DNA from: Octopus sinensis
Lineage: Eukaryota
Direction: 5' to 3'
NCBI RefSeq assembly: GCF_006345805.1
Contig: NC_043017.1
Location: forward strand, 9,424,001 to 9,488,000
DNA length: 64,000 bases
The notes under the pieces are model-generated. The model made no database searches. It was not told where the DNA came from and saw only the letters and a list, made by a program, of their open reading frames with translations. Each line of letters starts with the position of its first letter. The first letter of the stretch is position 1. This document shows, one piece after another, positions 12,425-25,223 of the stretch. The position numbers were made by a program, and so were the translations under genes.

Positions 12425-12726
12425 CTAGTTACATTGCTGTTCACATGTATGTATTAATGAATGTATATATGTAGTTGTCCATTTGTGTGTGTGTATTTTA
12501 TTTGTGGTTTAACAAGGCAACCAGTGGTTTCATGTCAAGTGATCTTTACAATTGTTCAAGTGTACCACATACATCTAGTTACATTGCTGTTCACATGTAT
12601 GTATTAATGAATGTATATATGTAGTTGTCCATATCTGTGTGTGTGTATTTTATTTGTGGTTTAACAAGGCAACCAGTGGTTTCGTGTCAAGTGATCTTTA
12701 CAATTGTTCAAGTGTACCACATACAT
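12425..12726. repeat. Tandem duplication, about 150-bp unit x2
   Basis: ctagttacattgctgttcac...gtgtaccacatacat begins at 12425 and again at 12575, near-identical. Confidence 0.9.
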
Positions 12727-14344
12727 AGACACATACATGTGTATCTGTTGGTATTTCTATATATATGAATCAGTCTATGTATGTAAATATGTTAAGTGTT
12801 TGTGTGTGTGTGTGTAAGAATCTGCCTGTGTTTCTGAGTTTACTGCTCTCTTTCATATTGTATCCAACTTAATCATTTGTCCATGAATGTATCCTATGTC
12901 TGCCAACATCTCAGTGGTGTTTCATGCAGACCATAAGCAAAGATATATATATGTATATATAATATATATCAGAGTCATTTAGTTGCTCATCTCTGCTTTC
13001 CCAGTTCAAATCCCACCACCAACGTCAACTTCGTCTTCTTGCCACTGCCCCCTTCTAAGATCTATGAAACAAATACCAGTCATCTACTACTGTGTTGCTT
13101 CGATAAATGTTTTGTATGATTTACATTCTGAGATAAGGTGAAGGGCTGGCAGAACCGTTGGCCGACCAGGCCAAAATGCTTAGCAGCACTTTGTCCATTT
13201 TTATGTTCTGAGTGCAAAATCTGCTACGGTCAAGCTTCCCTTTCATCCCTCAAGGTTTGATAAAGTAAGTACCAGTTGGTCACTGGGGTTGATGTAATTG
13301 ACTTCACCCCTCCCCTCAAAATTATTGGCCTTGTGAGAGAAATTGAAACCAGTGTAAATTGCAGTTCCAATCTTTTTCAGTTGGCAATTAATTATGTCCA
13401 TCCCTCTGGGATTATTTTTATGTATATAGAAGTACAGTACCAGTAATATACAAGGGTTTGGTTAATCCTTTTCATTCCTCTTCTAGAAGAGTTAGCCTCT
13501 TGCTTTGTTTCAAATATACAAATAAAACTTCCTTACTCTCAGCAAAGCTGAGAAGAGGGAGTGCGAGGGGAAAAGGTGGGGGGAGTGTTGGGATAACAAG
13601 GCAGAGAAGCAGGAGGTTTAGGGTACAAGGAAGAGGAGGAGGGGGTGTTGGGTTGCAGAGGCAAGGCATAGAACATATGATAATGATTGGTGTCATCATC
13701 TAAGTTCTGGAACAAATTTCCTTTCCCGGTTAAAGTGAATTCACTTCGCTTACACTAAACATTCTCACAGAAAAGCATAAACGTCACTAAATCTCAACCC
13801 AATTCACTGCAGTAAATCAGTCAGCCTCAATGGAAAAGACACTTTTATCCTTTTTGCTTGTTTCAGTCATTTGGCAGTGACCATGCTGGGGCACCACTTT
13901 AAAGGGTTTTAGTCGAAGAAATCGACCCCACCCCGAACTTATTCTTTGTAAGCTTAGTGCTTATTCTATCGGTCCAGTTAGCTGAACCTCATAAGTTACA
14001 GGGACATAAACACACCAGCATCGGTTGTCAAGTGATAGCAGGAGTACTAACATGGACACACACACACACACATATATACATATATATACAATGGGCTTCT
14101 TTTAGTTTTTGTCTACAAAATCTACTCACAAGGCTTTAGCCGAACCGAGGTTATAGTAGAAGAGGCTTGCCCAAGGTGCCGTGCAGTGGGACTGAACCTG
14201 GAACCATGTGGTTTGGAAGCATGCTTCTTAGCACACAGCCACACCTGTGAAATATATGTATATATATATATATATATTTGAATAGGGAACTTGAAAGCAA
14301 ATTAAACTATAAATAATATATTTGGTTGAGAAACCCTTTGAACA

Positions 14345-14420
14345 GTAAAAATCAAGTGCTGTCCATGGGATTTGAACCCGCACCTCCTGGAGACATGACA
14401 GATGTTCAACCATCATACCA
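14345..14420 (-). pseudogene. Degenerate tRNA-like sequence (pseudogene or orphan SINE head)
   Basis: Minus strand ...ggtatgatggttgaac...ggtgcgggttcaaatccc...tgattttt has a T-arm/B-box and a T-run. Anticodon arm imperfect, isotype unassignable. Confidence 0.3.
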
Positions 14421-16329
14421 AAGTATTCTCTTTAATTTTTCTGTTCATTTTAGGAACTTTATTCTTACCTGCAAGAATTGTATTTTGTTGACCTCATAAG
14501 AATTTAGAAACTTCAAGAGGAGCCAAAATACTTCTTTCGGTTTTTTTAATGATGAATCTTGAAGAAAATAAGGCTATAAATAGTTTTAAAAAATGATAAT
14601 TATATGATTAATTCCCTATAACTTTTAAGGGTTGAAGATTTTGTTGTAGAGGTCTGGGTATGGTGAATTGAATTAAAAAGACAGGGTTTCGAGTCTCTGT
14701 TGATTCCTGCTCCTACCCACAACCTTACACTTTCCCTCTCTTTTGGAGTTAATATCTATTTAAGAAATAACTACTACTATTACTCCTACTACCACAACCA
14801 CCACCATTTGCCTATTTAAAAAAAATCTAGGCCAGAAGAGGCTGCTGGGAAGACAGAAATGGTACAGTACCAGACAGAATATTTTGTGGTATGCAGTTGC
14901 AATCCTTTATGTTCTATGTTCAATTCACAGTTTGCTTAGTCTTGCACTCTGCTAGTGTTGATCACTTAATGTACCAGTTATATACCAGGGTTGAGCGTTA
15001 ACAAGCCTATGTCCTTACTGTCGAAATATACTGAAGTGTATTCATAAGGTCCTATGCGCTTTAATAATTGTTCTAAACTATAAATAAAAGGAAAGCAGCT
15101 TAACCATCGAAGTGGTTGGCCTACGTTTCGGTATTATTACGTAAAACTTCTAAAACAAAGCGAAACAAGACATTTATCATGTTATTCAATCTGCTAAAAA
15201 TAAACAGCCAAACTATCTCAAAATCACTCTGTCCTCTCTTTAAAAAAAAGTATGGGAGGGCAGGAAGGACGCGTTGAATGATGTAGTTAGTCCAAGATAC
15301 ATTATGCCTCATAAAGAGATGAGATCGTCATTAATTGAACGAATATCTTTAGTTGTTCAATCAAAGCTGGGCTGGTTTGAAATAGTAACGTCAAGCCATA
15401 CATTATATTCTGTTATAATATTTCGTTGAGGCATAGCGATTTTAGAACTTCCCTATAAATATGCTTCAGAACGAAGCGTCGGTTAAGTTCAGGGTAGTAA
15501 TAAGAAATTGTTATGACAAAGGAGAATAAAGGATTGTTATGATTCCATGAAAACAATTTCTTATTGACTACAAGGACCGCGGAGACATTTAGGACAATAC
15601 AGACACAAACGATAGTGCGAATTTATACAAAATAAAACACATGGCTGCGTTAAAAATTTATAGTTGGTGATTTGGGTGAGTGACTTGTGACGTAAATGTT
15701 CCAAATATTTAAAGTATAGTTGTCTCCCCTTTGTGAGAGTTACGTCCCGTTGAACTTTTTTTTTACTATTCAAAATTATATATATTCTTTATATTATTTT
15801 CTCCTTTTATCGAAATATTTACAGTATTACCAATATTCTTTTATATATAAAAAATAAACACACACACAAAAAAAAAGAACAAGACATATTCTAGCTTACT
15901 TCTAAAGACTCTTTTTTTACCTTTATTTTCAATTTACTCTTTATAATGTGATATCTCTTAAAAAGTACGATTTTTAAATAAAAAAAAATAAACAAAAAAG
16001 AACAACAAAAAAATTCCAAAATTGTAATATGTGACGTTTAGAAAATTAAAATCTTAAACTATTTTGTAAAAATAGTAAAGACAAGGTAAGGTAACTCTAT
16101 CTAAGTAGAAATATGAATCACCAGTTATGTCCCTTGTGAAAAAAAAACTTTTTTGCTATTTCTTTCTCGCACTTAAAATCATTCTTTGAGAATATTTGTA
16201 CTTTTTCATTTTCGGTGTAATTGTTGCTGTTCTTCTGTCCCTCCTCTAAGCAATATATACAACATATAATTATGAATTAATTGGAATAATATATTTCAAT
16301 ACATTTTCTGTCCTTTTTTTTGAAAGAAA

Positions 16330-16700
16330 AATATAAACAAGCATCGTACACACTCGAAAACAGAGGAACGGGCCGCGAGGTTGTCGGTTGTAGCTATCAG
16401 CTTTTCTCTTTCTTTATTATAAACCAATTCTATCGCTCTCGTTCAATTTTTTCTATCGAGGTCACATCTCCCCTATAACAAACGCATACGCTACATTCAT
16501 AAATGATTGGTCGTCTGTCTTTTCTTCAAATCGATATTCGATTCTTTTAAATTGCTAAGAAATGAAAGACGATACTTTCGTTTCGTTCCTTTTTTCTTTT
16601 CTAACAAATTACTTTTTTTTTTTTAAATGGAAATCAAACCGGTGGTTATAGCAACAGAGGTCAGAGGGTCAAAGTTGATGAGAGGTGAAAGGTCAATCTG
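16330..16700. promoter_or_regulatory. Candidate promoter/enhancer: CpG-retaining unique sequence with CCAAT boxes and nuclear-receptor half-sites
   Basis: More CpG than the flanks, CCAAT near 16424 and ATTGG near 16505, AGGTCA-type cluster 16658-16695. Target gene unknown. Confidence 0.35.
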
Positions 16701-16781
16701 AATCGTGTATATTTTGTTCTTTTTCTTTCTTTTTTTTCTCTCTCTCTGAAATTTGTGGTCTGATTTTTATACTTTATACTA

Positions 16782-16812
<31 letters not shown>

Positions 16813-19800
16813 CACCATCATCATTATCATTATTATTGTTCTTCTTGTTGCTGCTGTTACTCTCTATTTTTTTTTGTTTCTTTCTTTGACGTAAAAAGAA
16901 AACTCGAAAAGACATTTTCAAAGAAGAATAAAAAAAAATAATAAATAAACTGGACAAAAAAAAGAATAATAATAATAATAATAATATAAGAAAAATTTTA
17001 AAAATTAAAATAAATAAATGAATGAACTTTGTGAAGCATAGACATACAGACAGACAGACAGACAAGATCCCACGTGGAAGCATCTGGTCTGATGTGATAT
17101 TCCAAGATCACAATGGGAAACAGAAAGAAAAAAAGGAAAATCACTGACTGAGACAGTGAGCTCGCTTTGGCTATGTTTCACAATCCGAACACTAAACACA
17201 TCCACACACATACATACATACATGCATATATATATATATATATATATACATACTTACACACTTATGTATTATAAATATTAAAAAGAAAAAAAGAAAAAAA
17301 ACCAAACGCTTTTCCCTGCTTGCTTGCTACAAATACAGTAGGATCCAGCAATGATTTGATATTCCCAAGAGTGCATTAGACTGCAGCGATCAGGACTGTC
17401 TGTTCTTTTGAAATTGTATCTGCAAACACTGTGTTTATATACTATATCGGTCCTTTGTACAAGTTATTTTATCTGCTACCTGTAAACGGTTGCATTTGTA
17501 TCTACGAGTTTTTATGAATAATGAAGGGCTGCTCTTGAATGGCTAAACCCATTTGGCTTTCGTTCTTTTTCTGTTTCTTGTTTCAACTGTGTATTGATGT
17601 CTATGTGTTTGTGTGTTTACAAAACGTAACATCATCACTATCATCGTCATCTTCATCATCATCAACATCCTCGTTTTAAGGTCCGCCTTTCTACGTTTGC
17701 ATGCGTCAGAAGCAATTACTCCAAATACATTTTACAGTGATCGGATGTCGTTCGAGTATCTAACCAACGCCTGTTTCCAAGCACAAGATAATATTTCATC
17801 ATGGCCGGACATTTTTTCTCGGAAGATTGGAAAACGAATTACACCGTTTGTATGACACTTATGCTTGGCTACGACCGTTGTGCAATGTTAAGACTAGGAA
17901 TTGTAAGGAGTGGCTGTGTGGCAAGTAGCTAGCTTACCAACCACATGGTTCCGGGTTCAGTCCCACTGCGTGGCACCTTGGGCAAGTGTCTTCTACTATA
18001 GCCTCGGGCCGACCAAAGCCTTGTGAGCGGATTTGGTAGACGGAAACTGAAAGAAGCCTGTCGTATATATGTATATATATGTATGTGTATGTATATGTTT
18101 GCGTGTCTGTGTTTGTCCCCCTAGCATTGCTTGACAACCGATGCTTGTGTGTTTACGTCCCCGTCACTTAGCGGTTCGGCAAAAGAGACCGATAGAATAA
18201 GTACTAGGCTTACAAAGAATAAGTCCCGGGGTAGATTTGCTCGACTAAAGGCGGTGCTCCGGCATGGCCGCAGTCAAATGACTGAAACAAGTAAAAGAGT
18301 AAACACTCATGCACAAATACATACATACACACGCACGCGCGTACGGTGGGCTTTTTTCAGTTTCCGCCTACTAAATCTATTGACAAGGTTTTGACGGTCC
18401 AGGTTTATAGTAGAAGTATCACTTTAGTGGATCGTTCCTCGCTCGGTACGGTTCTGACATAACTAGACAAGTGAAATAAAAATATAAAAATATTTTACTT
18501 TAAAAAAAAAAACAAGTGTTGGCGACAGGGAAGGCAACCGACCGTAGCGATCTGCTACATTAAGTTTCAAACAATGCAAACCAGCATGGAAAAAGCAGAC
18601 GTCCAAACGATGCTACACTCATTACATATTTACTCGTAGAGTAAAACAGAGCGTTCGATGCTGTAGTAAAGATTAATACTGTTTTACTTTGGTTGAGTCA
18701 GTCTCTGATTTCCGCCTGTGAAAATCAGAGCAGCAAAACCGTTATATATCTATTTCTTTATTACCTACAAGGGGCTAAACACAGAGGTGACAAACAAGGA
18801 CAGACAAAGGGATTAAGTCGATTACATCGACCCCAGTGCGTAACTGGTACTTAATTTATCGACCCCGAAAGGATGAAAGGCAAAGTCGACCTCGGCGGAA
18901 TTTGAACTCGGAACGCAACGACAGACGAAATACGGCTAACTAACGTTTCTGCCAGTTTGTATGTACATAAGGCGGTGAGCTGGCTGAGACGTTAGCACGC
19001 CGGGCGAAATCGTAGCCGTATTTCGTCTACCGCTACGTTCTGAGTTCAAATTCCGCCAAGGTCGACTTTGCCTTTCATCCTTTCGGGGTCGATGTAATCG
19101 ACTTAATCCGTTTGTCTCCTCTGTGTTTAGCCCCTTGTGTGTAGTAAAGAAATATATATATATATATATATATGTTTGTATGTACATCTCTCCCATACAA
19201 AGCCGCCATCGGGAGAGATCAATGGCGAAGAACTGTGTGCATTACAACGTATGCAGTCGTGACAGGAAATATAAAGATGAAACGAGACAAACTGTTTCGA
19301 GTAAGACAAAACACACATCAGAAAACTGCCGTGAGCCATAGGGAGACAGAGAAATCAAACATGACCGTTCTTTGGGGGTGAGGGGCAAAAAGGGCATCAC
19401 CAGCCATTGTAAAACAAAGTTCTCTTGGAAAGAAGGCGGATGCAATATCCAGCGTGTATGTTGGGCTTTGGAGCGCTTCTCAGCAGAACCATTATAGCAA
19501 TGAACCTTTCATGGGAGACTTAAATTAAAACAGAAAAACAAAAACGTTCAGCCTAAGACCCTTAAAATAAAAGCTCCTTATTGCCATCACCAAATTGTTC
19601 CATGGGACGAGAATACACAATGAATATAAGCAATTGATTAATTATCATCTGTCAAGTGTCGCAGTTAAGTGTCTGGCGGTTGTGAATACAAATACCGAGT
19701 TAGTTTGTGCGTGTAGTAAGAAGTTTACTTCTCAACCATATGGTTCCAGGTTCAGTCCTATTGCGTGACACCTTGGGTAAGTGACTTCTACTACGTCAGG

Positions 19801-20221
19801 CCGACTAAAGACTTGTGGATTTAGTAGACGAGAGAAGCCCGTCGTGTAGGAGTGGCTGTGGGGTAAGTAGCTTGTTTACCAACCACACGGTTCCGGGTTC
19901 AGTCCCACTGCGTGGCACCTTAGGCAAGTGTCTTCTACTATAGCCTCGGGCCGACCAAAGCCCTGTGAGTGGATTTGGTAGACGGAAACTGAAAGAAGTC
20001 CGTCGTATATATGTATATATATATATATATATATGCGTGTGTTTGTCCCCCTAGCATTGCTTGACAACCGATGCTGGTGTGTTTATGCCCCCGTTACTTA
20101 GCGGTTCGGCAAAAGAGACCGATAGAATAAGTCCCGGGGTCGAGTTACTCGATTAAAGGCGGTGCTCCAGCATGGCCGCAATCATATAACTGAAACAAGT
20201 AAAAGAGTATATATATATATA

Positions 20222-20380
20222 TACGAGGTTCGTCAATTAAAGATTTCTACCTGACCCACTTCACAAGGATTAGGATAAACGAAATTTGGCATAATAATTA
20301 TTGGTCCTTCTCTACATGGCCACCACCAATGGTGACACACTTCTCCAATCGCTTTATGCACCTGTGATGAGCAGGATAGG
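20222..20380 (-). mobile_element. Mariner transposon 3' end fragment
   Basis: TA|CGAGGTTCG... TIR-like end; the minus frame IKRLEKCVTIGGGHVEKDQ* resembles the mariner C-terminus (RWxKCVxxxGxYVEK). Confidence 0.6.
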
Positions 20381-20787
20381 TATACCAGTGTAGAGATAAC
20401 ATAAACCTAGCTAGCTACACGGATCAGAGGTCGTTATAATAGTTGAAAATGCAGCGAGAGGAGAGAGTGCGAGCATGAATGAAAGGCTGGAGTGTGTTTG
20501 TGAGTGACTTTATGCCAGTTAGGTGGTTCTTTCCTCGATGCAGTTGAGGATGTCTGCGTATGCAACACAAAAAAAGTACAAAGATAACGAAATTAAAGGT
20601 GTGCAGAGTAAAACGGAAGACAAGAAGAGAATATTGTTTGCATCGAAGAAGAGAAAGGAAACAAATCGTTTTGGGATTTTGTAACCATTTAGACAAGCAG
20701 TTCTCTGCCATCTTTGCCTATGGGCCCCTTTCACTCCCATTGTACTCAGGTGGACGCTCGTAATCACTCCATGTTTTAAAGGACTTC

Positions 20788-21042
20788 AGTCCGAAAAGCT
20801 CTATCTGCGACGATTTCATCTCCATCGAAGGAGAGGGGCTTTCTCCGTCCGGGTTGCGGATCCGTGGAATAAGCTGCCGGACGAGATAGTGAAGATGCCG
20901 ACGACCGCTCGGTTCAAAGTCTCCCTTGACCACAAATGGCCTGAACTCTTTGCACGAACACTCTCCCTGCACATAGCTCCATGTCCCCCTACATGGCCTT
21001 GCTTTTTGCTTTTGGAGCCAAAAAATTAACTAACTAACTAAG
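20788..21042 (+). mobile_element. CR1/L2-clade LINE 3' end with (TAAC)n tail
   Basis: Frame QSEKLYLRRFHLHRRRGAFSVRVADPWNKLPDEIVKMPTTARFKVSLD contains the typical FSxRVxxxWNxLP motif. Confidence 0.8.
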
Positions 21043-21327
21043 AATTAAGTATTACAAGGAATTGCATAAAAATTAAGATTTTTGGTTTTGTAGAAGTAAA
21101 ACCAAGTTATTGCAGATAAATTTTAACAAAGAAATCTTACATGAACCACCACCCGCCCACCTATGTGTCATATGAAGCCCCACCCACCCCGGTTGAGAAT
21201 CTCTAATTTATATGTTTCTCGATTGATTAGAAAAGGAAGAAACCTGTCCCAAGTTGAATATGAGCTGATGGTGGGAAGAATTGTATGTACGACGCTGAAG
21301 AATAACATCTTTTATCTTCTTTTAAAT

Positions 21328-21794
21328 CAGGGGTCAGATAAGTGGTCAATACTGACCTCTAGAAAGGGGTAAAGTCTCTTTGGCTATCCAAGGTGTCGAT
21401 AAACACCTGAAACAATTTTAAACATTAATGGTGCTGAATTATAAATTAACAAAATCTAGAAAAGTGCGGTAATTTAAAGCCAAATATCAATGTAATAACT
21501 AGTATTCATCACACACATATTTCACATTAAATATTCAGACTTTATCAATATAATATGACTGAATTTTGTATTGTTCTTTATCAATTTCGTTAAGTGTTTT
21601 CATTGAATTTCTTTAAATATTTCTATCAAAAAGCGATAATGACACAAAAGAATGAAGAAATTCTTGTTTTGAAATCAGGACATTTTCTATTAATTATACT
21701 TTTTAATTTTATTTTAGAAATTTACATGATGGGGGTCAATAAGTTATCAACAATTCCGTGAAGAGGGTCAATGATATAAGATTACTGATCCCTG
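21328..21794. mobile_element. hAT-superfamily MITE, 467 bp
   Basis: TIRs CAGGGGTCAG / CTGATCCCTG (9/10 match); 8-bp target duplication TTTTAAAT / TTTTAGAT (7/8). Confidence 0.75.
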
Positions 21795-22412
21795 TTTTAG
21801 ATTATCTCATCACATCAGCAATAAAGAACGGATGATATCCAGGCTTCTGAATCGGTTTGGTCTCCAAACATCGTATTTACAGTGTTAGTAAAGTAGTGTC
21901 ACGAGTTCTAGGACTTACAGGGCCGGGTTCCTGATTTCCATTCCGTCTAAATAACCGAGATCACAACATTCCTTCTGAACAGCGGACGCCGGTGCATTTC
22001 AGGGTTAGACATTTTCAGCTGAAATGAAACAATTGCTCAACTAACACAACGCCCCACCCTAACCACTAAGCCGCGCCTCTTTCACTATTTACAGAATACT
22101 TTTTACAATATTTGGATCTACAGCAAAACAACATCACGGAGGAATCGACATAAGCTGAAATAATAGACGGTGATAGGTGAACCGCGATATGGCAAGGGTT
22201 ACTATAAATAATAAAAAAGCGTGCTATTCGAAGTAAGAAGAGCGCGGTGGTTTGTTTGAAGCATTGTAATATATATGAGCAGTAAAACTTAAAAATAGAG
22301 AGGTTATGTCTCCCAGCCAACGAGTCTCACGAGTCACCTATACCGCTAAGAACTTTGTAGGTGAGAAACTAACGGTCACTCTATGACTAGGCATAACCAA
22401 AAGCCTTTTAAG

Positions 22413-23260
22413 TACGAAGGTCGACTGAAACGTTTATAGGTTGACCAAGATACTTTCATGGAGTGTGAATTTTCAGCATAGACCCTCTTGTGGTCCACAA
22501 ACTTCTTCCATCGCCGTTGCAGTGCTTGGATCGCATTGATGAAGAAGCTTTCATCCTGTTGGCCAAAAAAGTCATCAAATCAGGCAACGGGGATGGTGGT
22601 CAACCAGGTGAAAGTCACAATCATACACAACAGCCATTGAAAGTAAGGGCTTGTGTGCTGGAACATTGTTCTGATGAAACAATACCGCTTTCATCAGTTT
22701 GCCTGGGCATTTGGTCTTCGTAGCCTTTTGTAACTGTCTCAGTAAGTTAGCATAATTGATGGTGTGGCCCTTTTGAAAATAGTCATCACCTTCCTTGCAA
22801 ATGAAACGACCTTTGGAGCAGGCGAGGAGGGGTGTTTCCACTGCATGGAATGTCTCTTTGTTTCTGACTCAAAACGTTCAAGGAAACCAGTTGGATCTGC
22901 CTCAAACAATGCCAGGTTTTCCCGTGATTCGACCCTGTGTGCTTTTGATCAGGTTTCGGAAGACGTGGCACCCACTGAGCAGGGACCTTCGTCATGTCAA
23001 GCTCATTGTGCAGAATATTCTCAATTCTCTCATGAGATATGCTAATAGTATTGGTTATTTGATTTATAATCATTCGCCTGTCATCCACCTCCATGTGGTG
23101 AACACGATCAATGTTTTCCTCGGTGGTAGCAGGACGTCCAGACTTTGGATCATCTTTAACACTCTCCCTTCCCCTCCTAAATTCCAAATTTTGTCCGTTT
23201 TCAAGAGAAGTTGCTTCTACTTACTTTTGAAGTGTTCTTTGAACAGTCAGATGTGAATTT
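22413..23260 (-). mobile_element. Degenerate mariner (Tc1/mariner) transposon, frameshifted and internally deleted
   Basis: DDPKSGRP, WVPRL, HQNNVPAH and FFINAIQALQRRWKKFVD segments in different frames; TA+CGAAGGTCGACTGAAA TIR-like end at 22413. Confidence 0.9.
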
Positions 23261-24332
23261 ACCCGGAAAGAAGCAGATATATTTAGTGTGAATCGCTTCT
23301 ACAGAAATATAACAAATTATTACAAACCAAACATCACCGAATCGGTCTCTGCTTTGTAATAATTCATTGATGTTTTCCCTCTATGAGTGATTCACTCGAA
23401 ATATATAAGGAATCACTGACTCTCACTTCACATTGCATTGGGCTGGCAGAAAAATTCGTTCGCTTTATTTACTTTTTAAAAATCTTTCCAATGTTATTTG
23501 AATTAACACGAAAAAATATTTTTATCGGAGTCTTCTTTGATTTTTGTATACTTTTATTCTTTCTCTACAACTTTCGGTTTTCGTTCTTAAATTTTAGATA
23601 AATTTTATCTTTTTAAATACATGACGAGGGAATGCCAAGATAAAAAAAAAAGAAGAAAAACGAACGAATTTATCTGACAACTCATTAAAAACACCGATGG
23701 TAATGTATTCAAGGTAGATAACTCTAATTATTAGTGCGTTGTTTCGTTTCAACTTTTCGTTCGGGTGATTCCTTCAGTAACTAAAGCTCAGTAAGGTAAA
23801 ATATACATTTATTAAACATACACAGTTAAAGTATTTCAATAAAATTTGATCGTGTAAACAACAACATAGTTGCTACCAATATTTATATACAAAAAACCCC
23901 GGTGTCATTTCGTTTCGACTTTTAGATCAACTGTTACGTGAGAGTAACCGCCTATAAACGAATTTCAGAAGCAGATATTTTTTTCCTTATAATACTTAAG
24001 TATTTTAATATTCCTGATATAAGAAACCATTACATTTATCCAATTAATTATTTTAATATTTCTGGCTTTCTATACATTTACTTAAATTTTATTATTTATT
24101 TATATCAAAAGAACACCAGTGACGATTCGGTTCGACTTTTAGATCAACCGAAGCGAAGCTACATTTAATTGAATTTCACCGAGGCGCAGGTTCTTCTCTT
24201 TATTCGACATACCTAATTAGGTATTTTAAAACTTTTCACGTAAGAAACCATTAACATAGTTAATTAAATATTTTGTTACATCCAACCTACCAAATACCAA
24301 CTTGTAGATGAATTTACAGTGAATCTTCCCCA

Positions 24333-24685
24333 ATGGCCAGCTATCTCCGTTCATTAAGTCTTTGTCGGTCATTACTAATTAACTACAGACACCTCAAGAA
24401 CTTCCACCGTGTCTGCTCGGTTGCCAGGCCCCGTTTATTATACAAGCATGACCAGAACTTCCATACAGGCCTTAACTTTCGACAAGACGACCCGAAATCC
24501 AAACTGGCGTATATGTCCCCTAAAATGCAGATTATCTACACATGCCGTGTTTGTGGGACACGCTCCTCCAAGACTTTCTCCAAGGTCTCCTACGAACGGG
24601 GTGTGGTGTTGGTGCGATGTCCTGGCTGTCAGAACCTACACCTTATAGCGGATAACCTCGACTACTTCAGTAAAACCGGTAAAAC
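24333..24685 (+). CDS. DNLZ: DNL-type zinc finger protein (mtHsp70 escort, HEP1/Tim15/Zim17), exon 1
   Basis: Arg/Ser/Leu-rich, acid-free N-terminus (mitochondrial presequence-like); zf-DNL signature YTCRVC...[24 protein letters not shown]; donor AC|GTAAGT at 24686 (phase 2). Confidence 0.93.
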
Positions 24686-25158
24686 GTAAGTATAATACGG
24701 GTCTTTTTGTTTTGTGTTCCTTTTTGTTGTTTCTCTATCTTACAACAAACACGTGTTGGTAAAGAGAAAGTTATAGCATGGTCAATAGATTTGTTAGAAG
24801 TAGCAGCCAAATATCACTCCAAAATTACACCCTATACACACACGCACACACAAAAAATTGAAACATTTTGTAAAATTGATAAAATGAAAAAAAAGTGGTG
24901 TAATTAACGTTCTTAATATTTTAATAAGTGAATTTTTTTTTTTTAAGTTTAAAAAAACGAGTATTCGTAACGAATAAATGAGGAAGCTTCTAAACAAGTC
25001 TAAATAAGCAAAATGCGGACCGCGGCACTTTTCGAATGGCACGCTAATGAAAAGTTATCTAGAATATTTTTTTAAAAACTGCGGCCCTCATAATGATGAG
25101 GCGTGTTTCATGCGGCTTGCTTCGCGAAAAAGTTTGCCAAGTTAGATTTGCGAAAATG

Positions 25159-25223
25159 AAGAATACGTACACCCCGGGTTTAGGGTTTATGTTAGGCCGA
25201 AAACCGGTGGTGTACGTATTCTT
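25159..25223. other. 65-nt hairpin (15-bp perfect outer stem) in the DNLZ intron
   Basis: aagaatacgtacacc (25159-25173) / ggtgtacgtattctt (25209-25223), extended by an imperfect inner stem. Confidence 0.6.

Noticed and set aside
13470-13750. Purine-rich block with open frames on both strands (RGG-rich on +, Pro/Ser-rich on -)
   Set aside because: No recognisable homology and no consistent splice partners; compositional bias can explain the open frames. Worth a tBLASTx only.
18262-18298. Family A tail resembles hammerhead helix II + GAAAC + GUA
   Set aside because: No CUGANGA core upstream; better explained as a LINE-recognition stem-loop.
23427-23470. Hsmar1-like TIR fragment (ttgggctggcagaaaaattcg)
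   Set aside because: No partner TIR or coding remnant could be tied to it.
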